A DNA stretch of 64,000 nt from Macrostomum lignano (taxonomy: Eukaryota), in assembly GCA_002269645.1 (NCBI GenBank), contig NIVC01003103.1, forward strand, positions 1-64,000, written 5' to 3'. A model generated the notes under the pieces. That model saw only the letters and a program-made list of their open reading frames with translations, was not told the origin of the DNA and made no database searches. This document shows positions 39,401 through 52,257 of this stretch, piece after piece (position 1 is the stretch's first letter; each line of letters opens with the position of its first letter). The translations under genes were made by a program, and so were the position numbers.

Positions 39401-42400
39401 ATCTCTCTGCAAATCGGCTTCCATCTCTCTGAACAATCGGCTTCCATCTCTCTGCACAATCGGCTTCCATCTCTCTGCACAATCGGCTTCCATCTCTCTG
39501 CACAATCGGCTTCCATCTCTCTGCACAATCGGCTTCCATCTCTCTGCACAATCGGCTTCCATCTCTGCATAATCGGCTTCCATCTCTCTGCAAATCGGCT
39601 TCCATCTCTCTGCACAATCAGCTTCCATCTCTATGAACAATCGGCTTCCATCTCTCTGCAAATCGGCTTCCATCTCTCTGCACAATCGGCTTCCATCTCT
39701 CTGCACAATCGGCTTCCATCTCTCTGCAAATCGGCTTCCATCTCTCTGCAAATCGGCTTCCATCTCTCTGCACAATCGGCTTCCATCTCTCTGCAAATCG
39801 GCTTCCATCTCTCTGCAAATCGGCTTCCATCTCTCTGCAAATCGGCTTCCATCTCTCTGCACAATCGGCTTCCATCTCTCTGCACAATCGGCTTCCATCT
39901 CTCAGCACAATCGGCTTCCATCTCTCTGCACAATCGGCTTCCATCTCTGCACAATCGGCTTCCATCTCTCTGCACAATCGGCTTCCATCTCTCTGCAAAT
40001 CGGCTTCCATCTCTCTGAACAATCGGCTTCCATCTCTCTGCAAATCGGCTTCCATCTCTCTGCACAATCGGCTTCCATCTCTCTGCACAATCGGCTTCCA
40101 TCTCTCTGCACAATCGGCTTCCATCTCTCTGCACAATCGGCTTCCATCTCTCTGCACAATCGGCTTCCATCTCTCTGCAAATCGGCTTCCATCTCTCTGA
40201 ACAATCGGCTTCCATCTCTCTGCAAATCGGCTTCCATCTCTCTGCACAATCGGCTTCCATCTCTCTGCACAATCGGCTTCCATCTCTCTGCAAATCGGCT
40301 TCCATCTCTCTGAACAATCGGCTTCCATCTCTCTGCAAATCGGCTTCCATCTCTCTGCACAATCGGCTTCCATCTCTCTGCACAATCGGCTTCCATCTCT
40401 CTGCAAATCGGCTTCCATCTCTCTGCACAATCGGCTTCCATCTCTCTGCAAATCGGCTTCCATCTCTCTGCACAATCGGCTTCCATCTCTCTGCACAATC
40501 GGCTTCCATCTCTCTGCACAATCGGCTTCCATCTCTGCACAATCGGCTTCCATCTCTCTGCACAATCGGCTTCCATCTCTCTGCACAATCGGCTTCCATC
40601 TCTCTGCACAATCGGCTTCCATCTCTCTGCACAATCGGCTTCCATCTCTCTGCAAATCGGCTTCCATCTCTCTGCACAATCGGCTTCCATCTCTCTGCAA
40701 ATCGGCTTCCATCTCTCTGCACAATCGGCTTCCATCTCTCTGCACAATCGGCTTCCATCTCTCTGCAAATCGGCTTCCATCTCTCTGCAAATCGGCTTCC
40801 ATCTCTCTGCACAATCGGCTTCCATCTCTCTGCAAATCGGCTTCCATCTCTCTGCAAATCGGCTTCCATCTCTCTGCAAATCGGCTTCCATCTCTCTGCA
40901 CAATCGGCTTCCATCTCTCTGCACAATCGGCTTCCATCTCTCTGCAAATCGGCTTCCATCTCTCTGCACAATCGGCTTCCATCTCTGCACAATCGGCTTC
41001 CATCTCTCTGCACAATCGGCTTCCATCTCTCTGCAAATCGGCTTCCATCTCTCTGAACAATCGGCTTCCATCTCTCTGCAAATCGGCTTCCATCTCTCTG
41101 CACAATCGGCTTCCATCTCTCTGCACAATCGGCTTCCATCTCTCTGCACAATCGGCTTCCATCTCTCTGCACAATCGGCTTCCATCTCTCTGCAAATCGG
41201 CTTCCATCTCTCTGCAAATCGGCTTCCATCTCTCTGAACAATCGGCTTCCATCTCTCTGCAAATCGGCTTCCATCTCTCTGCACAATCGGCTTCCATCTC
41301 TCTGCACAATCGGCTTCCATCTCTCTGCAAATCGGCTTCCATCTCTCTGAACAATCGGCTTCCATCTCTCTGCAAATCGGCTTCCATCTCTCTGCACAAT
41401 CGGCTTCCATCTCTCTGCACAATCGGCTTCCATCTCTCTGCAAATCGGCTTCCATCTCTCTGCACAATCGGCTTCCATCTCTCTGCAAATCGGCTTCCAT
41501 CTCTCTGCACAATCGGCTTCCATCTCTCTGCACAATCGGCTTCCATCTCTCTGCAAATCGGCTTCCATCTCTCTGCACAATCGGCTTCCATCTCTCTGCA
41601 CAATCGGCTTCCATCTCTGCACAATCGGCTTCCATCTCTCTGCACAATCGGCTTCCATCTCTCTGCACAATCGGCTTCCATCTCTCTGCACAATCGGCTT
41701 CCATCTCTCTGCACAATCGGCTTCCATCTCTCTGCAAATCGGCTTCCATCTCTCTGCACAATCGGCTTCCATCTCTCTGCACAATCGGCTTCCATCTCTC
41801 TGCAAATCGGCTTCCATCTCTCTGCACAATCGGCTTCCATCTCTCTGCACAATCGGCTTCCATCTCTGCACAATCGGCTTCCATCTCTCTGCACAATCGG
41901 CTTCCATCTCTCTGCAAATCGGCTTCCATCTCTCTGCAAATCGGCTTCCATCTCTCTGCAAATCGGCTTCCATCTCTCTGCACAATCGGCTTCCATCTCT
42001 CTGCAAATCGGCTTCCATCTCTCTGCAAATCGGCTTCCATCTCTCTGCAAATCGGCTTCCATCTCTCTGCACAATCGGCTTCCATCTCTCTGCACAATCG
42101 GCTTCCATCTCTCTGCACAATCGGCTTCCATCTCTCTGCACAATCGGCTTCCATCTCTGCACAATCGGCTTCCATCTCTCAGCACAATCGGCTTCCATCT
42201 CTCTGCACAATCGGCTTCCATCTCTCTGCACAATCGGCTTCCATCTCTCTGCACAATCGGCTTCCATCTCTCTGCACAATCGGCTTCCATCTCTCTGCAA
42301 ATCGGCTTCCATCTCTCTGCACAATCGGCTTCCATCTCTCTGCACAATCGGCTTCCATCTCTGCATAATCGGCTTCCATCTCTCTGCAAATCGGCTTCCA

Positions 42401-43585
42401 TCTTTCTGCAAATCGGCTTCCATCTCTCTGCACAATCGGCTTCCATCTCTCTGCAAATCGGCTTCCATCTCTCTGCAAATCGGCTTCCATCTCTCTGCAA
42501 ATCGGCTTCCATCTCTCTGCACAATCGGCTTCCATCTCTCTGCACAATCGGCTTCCATCTCTCTGCAAATCGGCTTCCATCTCTCTGCACAATCGGCTTC
42601 CATCTCTGCACAATCGGCTTCCATCTCTCTGCACAATCGGCTTCCATCTCTCTGCAAATCGGCTTCCATCTCTCTGAACAATCGGCTTCCATCTCTCTGC
42701 AAATCGGCTTCCATCTCTCTGCACAATCGGCTTCCATCTCTCTGCACAATCGGCTTCCATCTCTCTGCACAATCGGCTTCCATCTCTCTGCACAATCGGC
42801 TTCCATCTCTCTGCACAATCGGCTTCCATCTCTGCATAATCGGCTTCCATCTCTCTGCACAATCGGCTTCCATCTCTCTGCACAATCGGCTTCCATCTCT
42901 CTGCACAATCGGCTTCCATCTCTCTGCACAATCGGCTTCCATCTCTCTGCATAATCGGCTTCCATCTCTCTGCATAATCGGCTTCCATCTCTCTGCAAAT
43001 CGGCTTCCATTTCTCTGCACAATCTCCGCAGAGCCGACGCCGGAGCCCGACAGCAGCGCGGGCTTCACGGTGATCCAGCAGAGGGGCCGCGGACTGGTGA
43101 ACTTCGCCCGCAGCTGGTCTGAGTACCAGACTGGCTTCGGCGACACCGAGGAGTTCTGGCTGGGTCTCGAGACCGTCCACAACCTGACGGCCGCCAAGCC
43201 TCGGCTGCTGCGGATCGAGATGAAGCTGGTCACCGGCAGTCTGTACCGCTTCGACTACAGCAACTTCACCGTGAGCTCGGCGGCCACCATGTACACCATG
43301 AACTACGGCGCGCTGGTGGCCGCCGTCCCCTCGAACGCCACGGCCGGGTCGCGCCTGGACATCTGCAAGGGGAAAATGTTCTCAACTGGCGACACGGACA
43401 ACATCGGCGGCCCGAAGTCGTGCTCCACTGCCGGCAGCAGCTCCGGCTGGTGGTTCGACGACGACTGCCTCTGCTGCAACCCCAACGGCGTCTTCAACTC
43501 CACCGGCTCCTCCGACAATGAAGTCCGCATGTTCTGGGATGGCCTGGGCAGTGGGATCGTGAGCAGCAGAATCATGATCCGCTAG
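36459..43585 (+). CDS. Secreted fibrinogen-related domain (FReD) protein with an N-terminal PAN/apple-like region, 3 exons, 290 aa
   Basis: Exon 36459-36525 encodes the signal peptide MIAQLLLLSLAACGSA. Exon 39036-39287 encodes ...ARSDIECATLAAAT...IRYLPQEGACLLL. Exon 43032-43585 encodes GFTVIQQRGRGLVNFARSWSEYQTGFGDTEEFWLGLETVHNLT...FSTGDTDN...GWWFDDDC...NPNG. The total is 873 nt and both introns are phase 1. The FReD call is firm; the PAN call and exon 1 are inferred. Confidence 0.85.
36575..37760. repeat. 14-bp minisatellite (ctgattcctgcaca), ~85 copies, FReD intron 1
   Basis: Read directly. Confidence 0.95.
37843..37922. repeat. 22-bp repeat (gtgggaatcgctcattcagtca), 3-4 copies
   Basis: Read directly. 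Confidence 0.85.
38361..38995. repeat. Perfect 15-bp array (ccggaaccggataaa) x42, FReD intron 1
   Basis: Read directly; no variant units seen. Confidence 0.98.
39395..43025. repeat. 21-23-bp minisatellite (aatcggcttccatctctctgcac), ~160 copies, filling FReD intron 2
   Basis: Read directly; the array abuts the acceptor at 43031. Confidence 0.98.
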
Positions 43586-43609
43586 CAGCGATTGTGGCGA
43601 GTTATTGGC

Positions 43610-45950
43610 TGTTTCAGGTGGTTCTTAGGGGTTTCAGGTGGTTCTTAGGGGTTTCAGGTGGTTCTTAGGGGTTTCAGATGGTTCTTAGGGGTTTCAGGTG
43701 GTTTTTAGGGGTTACAGGTGGTTCTTAGGGGTTTCAGGTGGTTCTTAGGGGTTTCAGGTGGTTCTTAGGGGTTTCAGGTGGTTCTTAGGGGTTTCAAGTA
43801 GTTCTTAGGGGTTTAAGGTGGTTTTTAGGGGTTACAGGTGGTTCTTAGGGGTTTCAGGTGGTTCTTAGGGGTTTCAGGTGGTTCTTAGGGGTTTCAGGTG
43901 GTTCTTAGGGGTTTCAGGTGGTTCTTAAGGGTTTCAGGTGGTTTTTAGGGGTTACATGTGGTTATTTGGGCTAACAGGTGGTTATTAGGGATTACAGGTG
44001 GTTATTAGGGGTTACATGTGGTTATTAGGGGTTACAGGTGGTTCTTAGGGGTTACAGGTGGTTATTAGGGGTTACAGGTGGTTATTTGGGGTTACAGGTG
44101 GTTATTAGGGGTTACAGGTGGTTATTAGGGGTTACAGGTGGTTCTTAGGGGTTTCAGGTGGTTCTTAGGGGTTTCAGGTGGTTCTTAGGGGTTTCAGATG
44201 GTTCTTAGGGGTTTCAGGTGGTTTTTAGGGGTTACAGGTGGTTCTTAGATGTTAATTAGATGTTACAGGTGGTTATTAGGGGTTACATGTGGTTATTAGG
44301 GGTTACAGGTGGTTCTTAGGGGTTACAGGTGGTTATTAGATGTTATAGGTGGTTATTAGATGTTACAGGTGGTTATTAGATATTACAGGTGGTTATTAGA
44401 TGTTACAGGTGGTTATTAGGTGTTACAGGTGGTTATTAGATGTTATAGGTGGTTATTAGATGTTACAGGTGGTTATTAGGTGTTATAGGTGGTTATTAGG
44501 GGTTTCAGGTGGTTTTTAGGGGTTACAGGTGGTTCTTAGGGGTTACAGGTGGTTATTAGGGGTTACAGGTGGTTATTTGGGGTTACAGGTGGTTATTAGG
44601 GGTTACAGGTGGTTATTAGGGGTTACAGGTAGTTCTTAGGGGTTTCAGGTGGTTCTTAGGGGTTTCAGGTGGTTCTTAGGGGTTTCAGATGGTTCTTAGG
44701 GGTTTCAGGTGGTTTTTAGGGGTTACAGGTGGTTCTTAGGGGTTTCAGGTGGTTCTTAGGGGTTTCAGGTGGTTCTTAGGGGTTTCAGGTGGTTCTTAGG
44801 GGTTTCAAGTAGTTCTTAGGGGTTTAAGGTGGTTATTTGGGCTAACAGGTGGTTATTAGGGATTACAGGTGGTTATTAGGGGTTTCAGGTGGTTCTTAGG
44901 GGTTTCAGGTGGTTCTTAGGGGTTTCAGATGGTTCTTAGGGGTTTCAGGTGGTTTTTAGGGGTTACAGGTGGTTCTTAGATGTTAATTAGATGTTACAGG
45001 TGGTTATTAGGGGTTACATGTGGTTATTAGGGGTTACAGGTGGTTCTTAGGGGTTACAGGTGGTTATTAGATATTACAGGTGGTTATTAGATGTTACAGG
45101 TGGTTATTAGATGTTATAGGTGGTTATTAGATGTTACAGGTGGTTATTAGATATTACAGGTGGTTATTAGATGTTACAGGTGGTTATTAGGTGTTACAGG
45201 TGGTTATTAGATGTTATAGGTGGTTATTAGATGTTACAGGTGGTTATTAGGTGTTATAGGTGGTTATTAGGTGTTACAGGTGGTTATTAGGTGTTATAGG
45301 TGGTTATTAGGTGTTACAGGTGGTTATTAGATACTATAGGTGGTTATTAGATGTTATAGATGGTTATTAGATGTTACAGGTGGTTATTAGGTGTTACAGG
45401 TGGTTATTAGATGTTACAGGTGGTTATTAGATGTTAATTAGATGTTACAGGTGGTTATTAGATGTTACAGGTGGTTATTAGATGCTACAGGTGGTTATTA
45501 GGTGTTACAGGTGGTTATTAGATGTTATAGGTGGTTATTAGATGTTACAGGTGGTTATTAGATATTACAGGTGGTTATTAGATGTTATAGGTGGTTATTA
45601 GATGTTACAGGTGGTTATTAGGTGTTACAGGTGGTTATTAGATGTTATAGGTGGTTATTAGGTGTTACAGGTGGTTATTAGATGTTACAGGTGGTTATTA
45701 GATACTATAGGTGGTTATTAGATGTTACAGGTGGTTATTAGGTGTTACAGGTGGTTATTAGGTGTTACAGGTGGTTATTAGATGTTACAGGTGGTTATTA
45801 GATGTTACAGGTGGTTATTAGGTGTTACAGGTGGTTATTAGATGTTATAGGTGGTTATTAGGTGTTACAGGTGGTTATTAGGTGTTACAGGTGGTTATTA
45901 GATGTTACAGGTGGTTATTAGATGCTATAGGTGGTTATTAGGTGTTATAG
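43610..45950. repeat. 20-bp minisatellite with two subtypes (caggtggttcttaggggttt / caggtggttattagatgtta)
   Basis: Read directly; the subtypes are arranged in blocks. Confidence 0.95.
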
Positions 45951-46105
45951 ATTGGCTCTTAGGGATGATAGGTTGTTCTTTGCGTTGGCGGGTGGTTCCT
46001 GGATGCTCGGAGTATTCTCAAAGGATATATGAGTGGTTCTTGGAGGGTTGCAGGGTTGGTCATTTTTGATGTTGAGCACATGTTGGTGACTGCTACATGC
46101 ATAGC

Positions 46106-46263
46106 AGGGTTGCAGAGTCGGTTCCATGGATGTCACGGGATGTCTCAGCTGTTAGGAAAGGGTTGCAGAGTCGGTTCCATGGATGTCACGGGATGTCTCA
46201 GCTGTTAGGAAAGGGTTGCAGAGTCGGTTCCATAGATGTCACAGGATGTCTCAGCTGTTTGGA
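46106..46263. repeat. 53-bp tandem triplication
   Basis: agggttgcagagtcggttccatggatgtcacgggatgtctcagctgttaggaa occurs three times. Confidence 0.9.
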
Positions 46264-47059
46264 AAATTTTTTTACAAAGAATTCAGAAATCTGAGGATGA
46301 GACTTTAACACTTAGATTTGCACTGGGACTGCTGTCAATTAGTTGGGGAGTTTGAAAAAATACCGCACGATTCCCTCTCGACACATGCGAGTTCCCGCTG
46401 CTTCTGAAACATTGAACTGTCCCTTTTTTCCTTCTACTGTCCTTATCTCATCCTTAATATTTAGCCAGCTTATCCCAGCCTAATGAATCATTTATTGATC
46501 AGTTTTTACCCAGAGGAAGAGTTTACACAAGGACCACTGTAGTAACAGGACGTAAAACTCAAAGATCATGTAATTTTTTGGAGGCCAATTTCCCGGACAA
46601 ATACACTGCGAAGATAGGAAAAGACTCATTTTCATCACCAAAAATCAGTGATTGCTTTTGATCTGGGGCAGTGAAGATTATCATTCCTTTAATTTTGAAT
46701 ACCCAGCAGGTTACTCTGATTGCATTTTATATGGTTATGAATACGACTGTGAGTCGTAAATACTCACAAGTGGCATTGGCAGAACTTTTTGTTTGATGAT
46801 TTCTTCTATCTCCGCAGTGAATTTTTTCCGGGAAATTGGCCTCCAAAATTACACGATATTTGAGTTTTACGTCCTGCTATACTTGGTCCTTGTGTGTACA
46901 TTTGCATGCCCGACGGTGGGACAGTCAGGGGGCCGCTCTCGCCCACCTCCACAAAGACTGACAAGCAGGTGCATGGCCTTGATATTTTAGCCGAAACAAA
47001 TGCGGGTCAAGTTGACACTCGAGATTGCATTGTGAGCCACATTAATTCTCTCAGTAGTC

Positions 47060-47640
47060 CACTGTCAATACTCAGTAGTCAATGCTGTCAATACTCAGTA
47101 GTCAATGCTGTCAATACTCAGTAGTCAATGCTGTCAATACTCAGTAGTCAATTCTGTCAATACTCAGTAGTCAATGCTGTCAATACTCAGTAGTCAATGC
47201 TGTCAATACTCAGTAGTCAATGCTGTCAATACTCAGTAGTCAATGCTGTCAATACTCAGTAGTCAATGCTGTCAATACTCAATAGTCAATGCTGTCAATA
47301 CTCAGCAGTCAATGCTGTCAATACTCAGCAGTCAATACTGTCAATACTCAGTAGTCAATACTGTCAATACTCAGCAGTCAATACTGTCAATACTCAGTAG
47401 TCAATACTGTCAATACTCAGCAGTCAATGCTGTCAATACTCAGCAGTCAATACTGTCAATACTCAGTAGTCAATACTGTCAATACTCAGCAGTCAATGCT
47501 GTCAATACTCAGCAGTCAATAATGTCAAAACTCAGTAGTCAATGCTGTCAATACTCAATAGTCAATGCTGTCAATACTCAGCAGTCAATGCTGTCAATAC
47601 TCAGCAGTCAATGCTGTCAATACTCAGAAGTCAATGCTGT
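47060..47640. repeat. 23-bp minisatellite (gtcaatactcagtagtcaatgct), ~25 copies
   Basis: Read directly. Confidence 0.95.
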
Positions 47641-48342
47641 CAACACTACTCGCAGCTATATTTTTAACTGTCAATATTTCATATTTACTTCATATTTATT
47701 AAGCTTTACAATCGCAAATACACAGTTTGCGTGTGCTCAGAGCTGGGCCGCCAAGCAACCACGAGCCAAAGGTGTGTTGATAGCCTCAGTTACCAGGGGC
47801 TGCGGGCGCAGCTTTCCCAATAGAAATGCGGCTTCTCTTTGCTCAAGCAGAAATCTGGCCAACAGGCAATAAAAAGCAGAGGGCGTGGGAAACAGCGCCG
47901 CCCACAGTAGAGAGAAGAAAGTCAAGACACAGAAAACTGCTTATTTCAGGCCAGACATGTTCCAGTTTTAAAAGTGCATTCAAACACGTTAGGCGCCAAG
48001 ACAACTTTATTTATTAACGAGTAGGCGATTTGCGAAGGCATTCTTCCAAGTGAAAATCGATAAACAGGATTAATGAATTCATGATAGCATCAAGGTTTAC
48101 CAATACCAGACAGACTCAGACCAGTCTGCAGAAAAATGAAATTGATAAAAGCGAGTAAAAAATTTGTCAGCACAGCTGCTTTCAAAAACGCCGCATTCTC
48201 AGGTAAACAGTAATAAATTTATAAACAGTAATTATTCGCTCAGGTGATCTCGGTGCAAAAACAGAACGCGGAAGTGGCTGCGTGAGATGGGCGCTGCAAA
48301 ATCAACAGCGACAGTTCTCGGCCCAACCAGGACCCGGCAGCC

Positions 48343-51197
48343 TCAGTAGTCAGGCAGGGGCGTCAGTAGCGTCTTCACCACCTGGCGGTAGTTCACAGAG
48401 CCCGACTGGGCCACCCCCGCCTCGCGGAGCAGGCCTTCGACTGCAGTGGCGGGAGGAGGCGGTGCTGGAACTGATGCTGGCTTGGAAATAGGGCGATTCT
48501 CCCACACCCTCCCTCATTAATCCCACACTGCACTCACACTGATCCCACACCCGCACTCACACTGATCCCACACTGCACTCACACTGATCCCACACCGCAC
48601 TCACACTGATCCCACACCGCACTCACACTGATCCCACACTCGCACTCACACTGATCCCACACTGCACTCACACTGATCCCACACCGCACTCACACTGATC
48701 CCACACCTGAACTCACACTGATCCCACACTGCACTCACACTGATCTCACACTGCACTCACACTGATCCCACACCTGCACTCACACTGATCCCACACCTGC
48801 ACTCACACTGATCCCACACCGCACTCACACTGATCCCACACCGCACTCACACTGATCCCACACCTGCACTCACACTTATCCCACACTGCACTCACACTGA
48901 TCCCACACCGCACTCACACTGATCCCACACCTGCACTCACACTGATCCCACACCTGCACTCACACTGATCCCACACCGCACTCACACTGATCCCACACCT
49001 GCACTCACACTGATCCCACACTGCACTCACACTGATCCCACACTGCACTCACACTGATCCCACACCTGAACTCACACTGATCCCACACCTGAACTCACAC
49101 TGATCCCACACTGCACTCACACTGATCCCACACTGCACTCACACTGATCCCACACTGCACTCACACTGATCCCACACTCGCACTCACACTGATCCCACAC
49201 TGCACTCACACTGATCCCACACCGCACTCACACTGATCCCACACCCGCACTCACACTTATCCCACACCTGCAATCACACTGATCCCACACCACACTCACA
49301 CTGATCCCACACCCGCACTCACACTGATCCCACACCTGCACTCACACTGATCCCACACCGCACTCACACTGATCCCACACCGCACTCACACTGATCCCAC
49401 ACCGCACTCACACTGATCCCACACTGCACTCACACTGATCCCACACCGCACTCACACTGATCCCACACCGCACTCACACTGATCCCACACCTGCACTCAC
49501 ACTGATCCCACACCGCACTCACACTGATCCCACACCGCACTCACACTGATCCCACACCGCACTCACACTGATCCCACACCCGCACTCACACTGATCCCAC
49601 ACCGCACTCACACTGATCCCACACCGCACTCACACTTATCCCACACCTGCAATCACACTGATCCCACACCGCACTCACACTGATCCCACACCGCACTCAC
49701 ACTGATCCCACACCGCACTCACACTGATCCCACACCGCACTCACACTGATCCCACACCCGCACTCACACTGATCCCACACCGCACTCACACTGATCCCAC
49801 ACCGCACTCACACTGATCCCACACCGCACTCACACTGATCCCACACCGCACTCACACTGATCCCACACCGCACTCACACTGATCCCACACCGCACTCACA
49901 CTGATCCCACACCTGAACTCACACTGATCCCACACCGCACTCACACTGATTCCACACCGCAATCACACTGATCCCACACCTGCAATCACACTGATCCCAC
50001 ACCGCACTCACACTGATCCCACACTGCACTCACACTGATCCCACACCTGCACTCACACTGATCCCACACCGCACTCACACTGATCCCACACCGCACTCAC
50101 ACTGATCCCACACTGCACTCACACTGATCCCACACCGCACTCACACTGATCCCACACCGCACTCACACTGATCCCACACCTGCACTCACACTGATCCCAC
50201 ACCGCACTCACACTGATCCCACACCGCACTCACACTGATCCCACACCGCACTCACACTGATCCCACACCGCACTCACACTGATCCCACACCGCACTCACA
50301 CTGATCCCACACCGCACTCACACTGATCCCACACCGCACTCACACTGATCCCACACCGCACTCACACTGATCCCACACCGCACTCACACTGATCCCACAC
50401 CGCACTCACACTGATCCCACACCCGCACTCACACTGATCCCACACCGCACTCACACTGATCCCACACCGCACTCACACTGATCCCACACCGCACTCACAC
50501 TGATCCCACACCGCACTCACACTGATCCCACACCGCACTCACACTGATCCCACACCTGAACTCACACTGATCCCACACCGCACTCACACTGATCCCACAC
50601 CGCACTCACACTGATCCCACACCTGAACTCACACTGATCCCACACCGCACTCACACTGATCCCACACCGCACTCACACTGATCCCACACCGCACTCACAC
50701 TGATCCCACACCGCACTCACACTGATCCCACACCGCACTCACACTCTCTGGCGCTGAGCCGCTCTCCCTGGTTGCAGAGGACGCGGCGCAGCTCGCTGAC
50801 GGGCACGGTGCCGCGGCCCTGGGGGTCGTACAGCTTCAGCGCCTCCATCATGTCCCGCTCGGCATTCTCGGCCCGCCGGTGCCGGTGGAGAATCTCCAGG
50901 AACTGGGGGAAGTCCAGCTCACCGGTGCTGGCCTTGCCCTCCGCCAGGTATTTCCTGGCCTCGTCTATGTGGGGCGCGAACCCCAGACTGCGCATGACCA
51001 GCAGCAGCTGCTCCGCCGTGCCCACCCGGCCCTGCTTGCAGTGCAGGTAGAAGCACTCGCGGTAGGCTGATGTGAAATTGAGGAAAAAAGATCTTGGTAT
51101 GTGATGGAAATTTAATTTTTCTTACTAGCATTAGCATACCAACATCTGACAAGCTTTTGCACTTACTGTCTAACTGGTCCTGTGTGAAGTGGCGCGC
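48343..51197 (-). CDS. CALML4: Calmodulin-like protein 4; initiator ATG not assigned
   Basis: Exons 51197-51167, 51066-50743 and 48440-48343 total 453 nt. They give (M)ARHFTQDQLDTYRECFYLHCKQGRVGTAEQLLLVMRSLGFAP...GELDFPQFLEILH...QGERLSAREFEGLLREAGVAQSGSVNYRQVVKTLLTPLPDY*. The N-terminus and the PxPDY end match the CALML4 subfamily. Confidence 0.88.
48520..50742. repeat. 22/23-bp minisatellite (cacactgatcccacaccgcact), ~100 copies, filling the last CALML4 intron
   Basis: Read directly. The sense-strand unit contains GTGAGT. Confidence 0.98.
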
Positions 51198-52126
51198 CTG
51201 AAGTCAAAAAAGAAAAAATGGTGGAGCGAATTAATATTGAGTTTTCTTTATTAAACTTCATCATTATATATTTTATTATCGTTTATCTGCACCATTAGAT
51301 AATTTATAGGTCAGACACATCTAAGAAAGATCTTTAATGAACATTTGGCGAAGAATAGAGATTATAATTTCAAGCTAAGAAATTTTCTATACATGTAAGA
51401 AGGATATGGATTTTTATAGAGCATACAAGTATAAAATTACAAAATGAAACTTTAATGCAGTATTTTTGCTACTAACTATCTATTCTTTTATGAAGATAAT
51501 TTTTATAAATTTATTGGGTGGCTTCACATTTTATGTACAAGTAATTATTAAGAAGGCTGTGGCTTCACAATTTTCTTTGCACATTTTTTATTTTGTCTAA
51601 AATAAGTTGACTTTTTTACGAGTAGCTTTGCAATTTCTTCCTTGCTGGATGCTAGATAAAGATTATAAACTCAGTTAATTAGATCATTTAACCTCATTCA
51701 TTCATAGACTTAATTTTTATAACAATTTTTGACAATAACTAAACTAACTTACGCTAACTTATGCCATGTTATAATTAGCTAGTTGTTTAAGCCTAATAAA
51801 GTTTGACTCTCAATAGAAAATAATAGCCTTAGATACCTAATTTTTTAATATATCTAAGTATTTTTTGTAATTAAAATATAAATAACAGTTAGGATTAGGA
51901 CATTGTAATAATCAAATTTTGTTATAAAAGAATTATTCATAAAAAACGAAATTGGAAAATATACATTTATTGATGAGACATTGAAGTTCTTCAAAACTTT
52001 AGGCACTAGGTCCCCCCCTAAGGCACTAAGACAGGAAAAAGAAAATTGTCGGAGTTATATTATAATAAAATATGATAACCAAAGTTAAACCAAAGTTAAA
52101 GAGCTGCAAAAATATGGTTGTACTAT

Positions 52127-52257
52127 ACAAATTTTTCATCTTTTTGTGCCTTTGATATTGTACAATATCTTATATATACTGTATATACAATACAATATAC
52201 AATGTACAAATTAGAATATACAATATCAAAGGCACATAAAAAAGATGAAAAATTTGT
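52127..52257. repeat. ~130-bp inverted repeat (MITE-like hairpin)
   Basis: acaaatttttcatcttttt(g)tgcctttgatattgta pairs with tacaatatcaaaggcacataaaaaagatgaaaaatttgt. Confidence 0.7.

Noticed and set aside
39338-43233. ORFs of up to 1200 aa (CREMEAD/ERWKPI repeats)
   Set aside because: Antisense translation of the 23-bp intronic minisatellite, which lacks stop codons.
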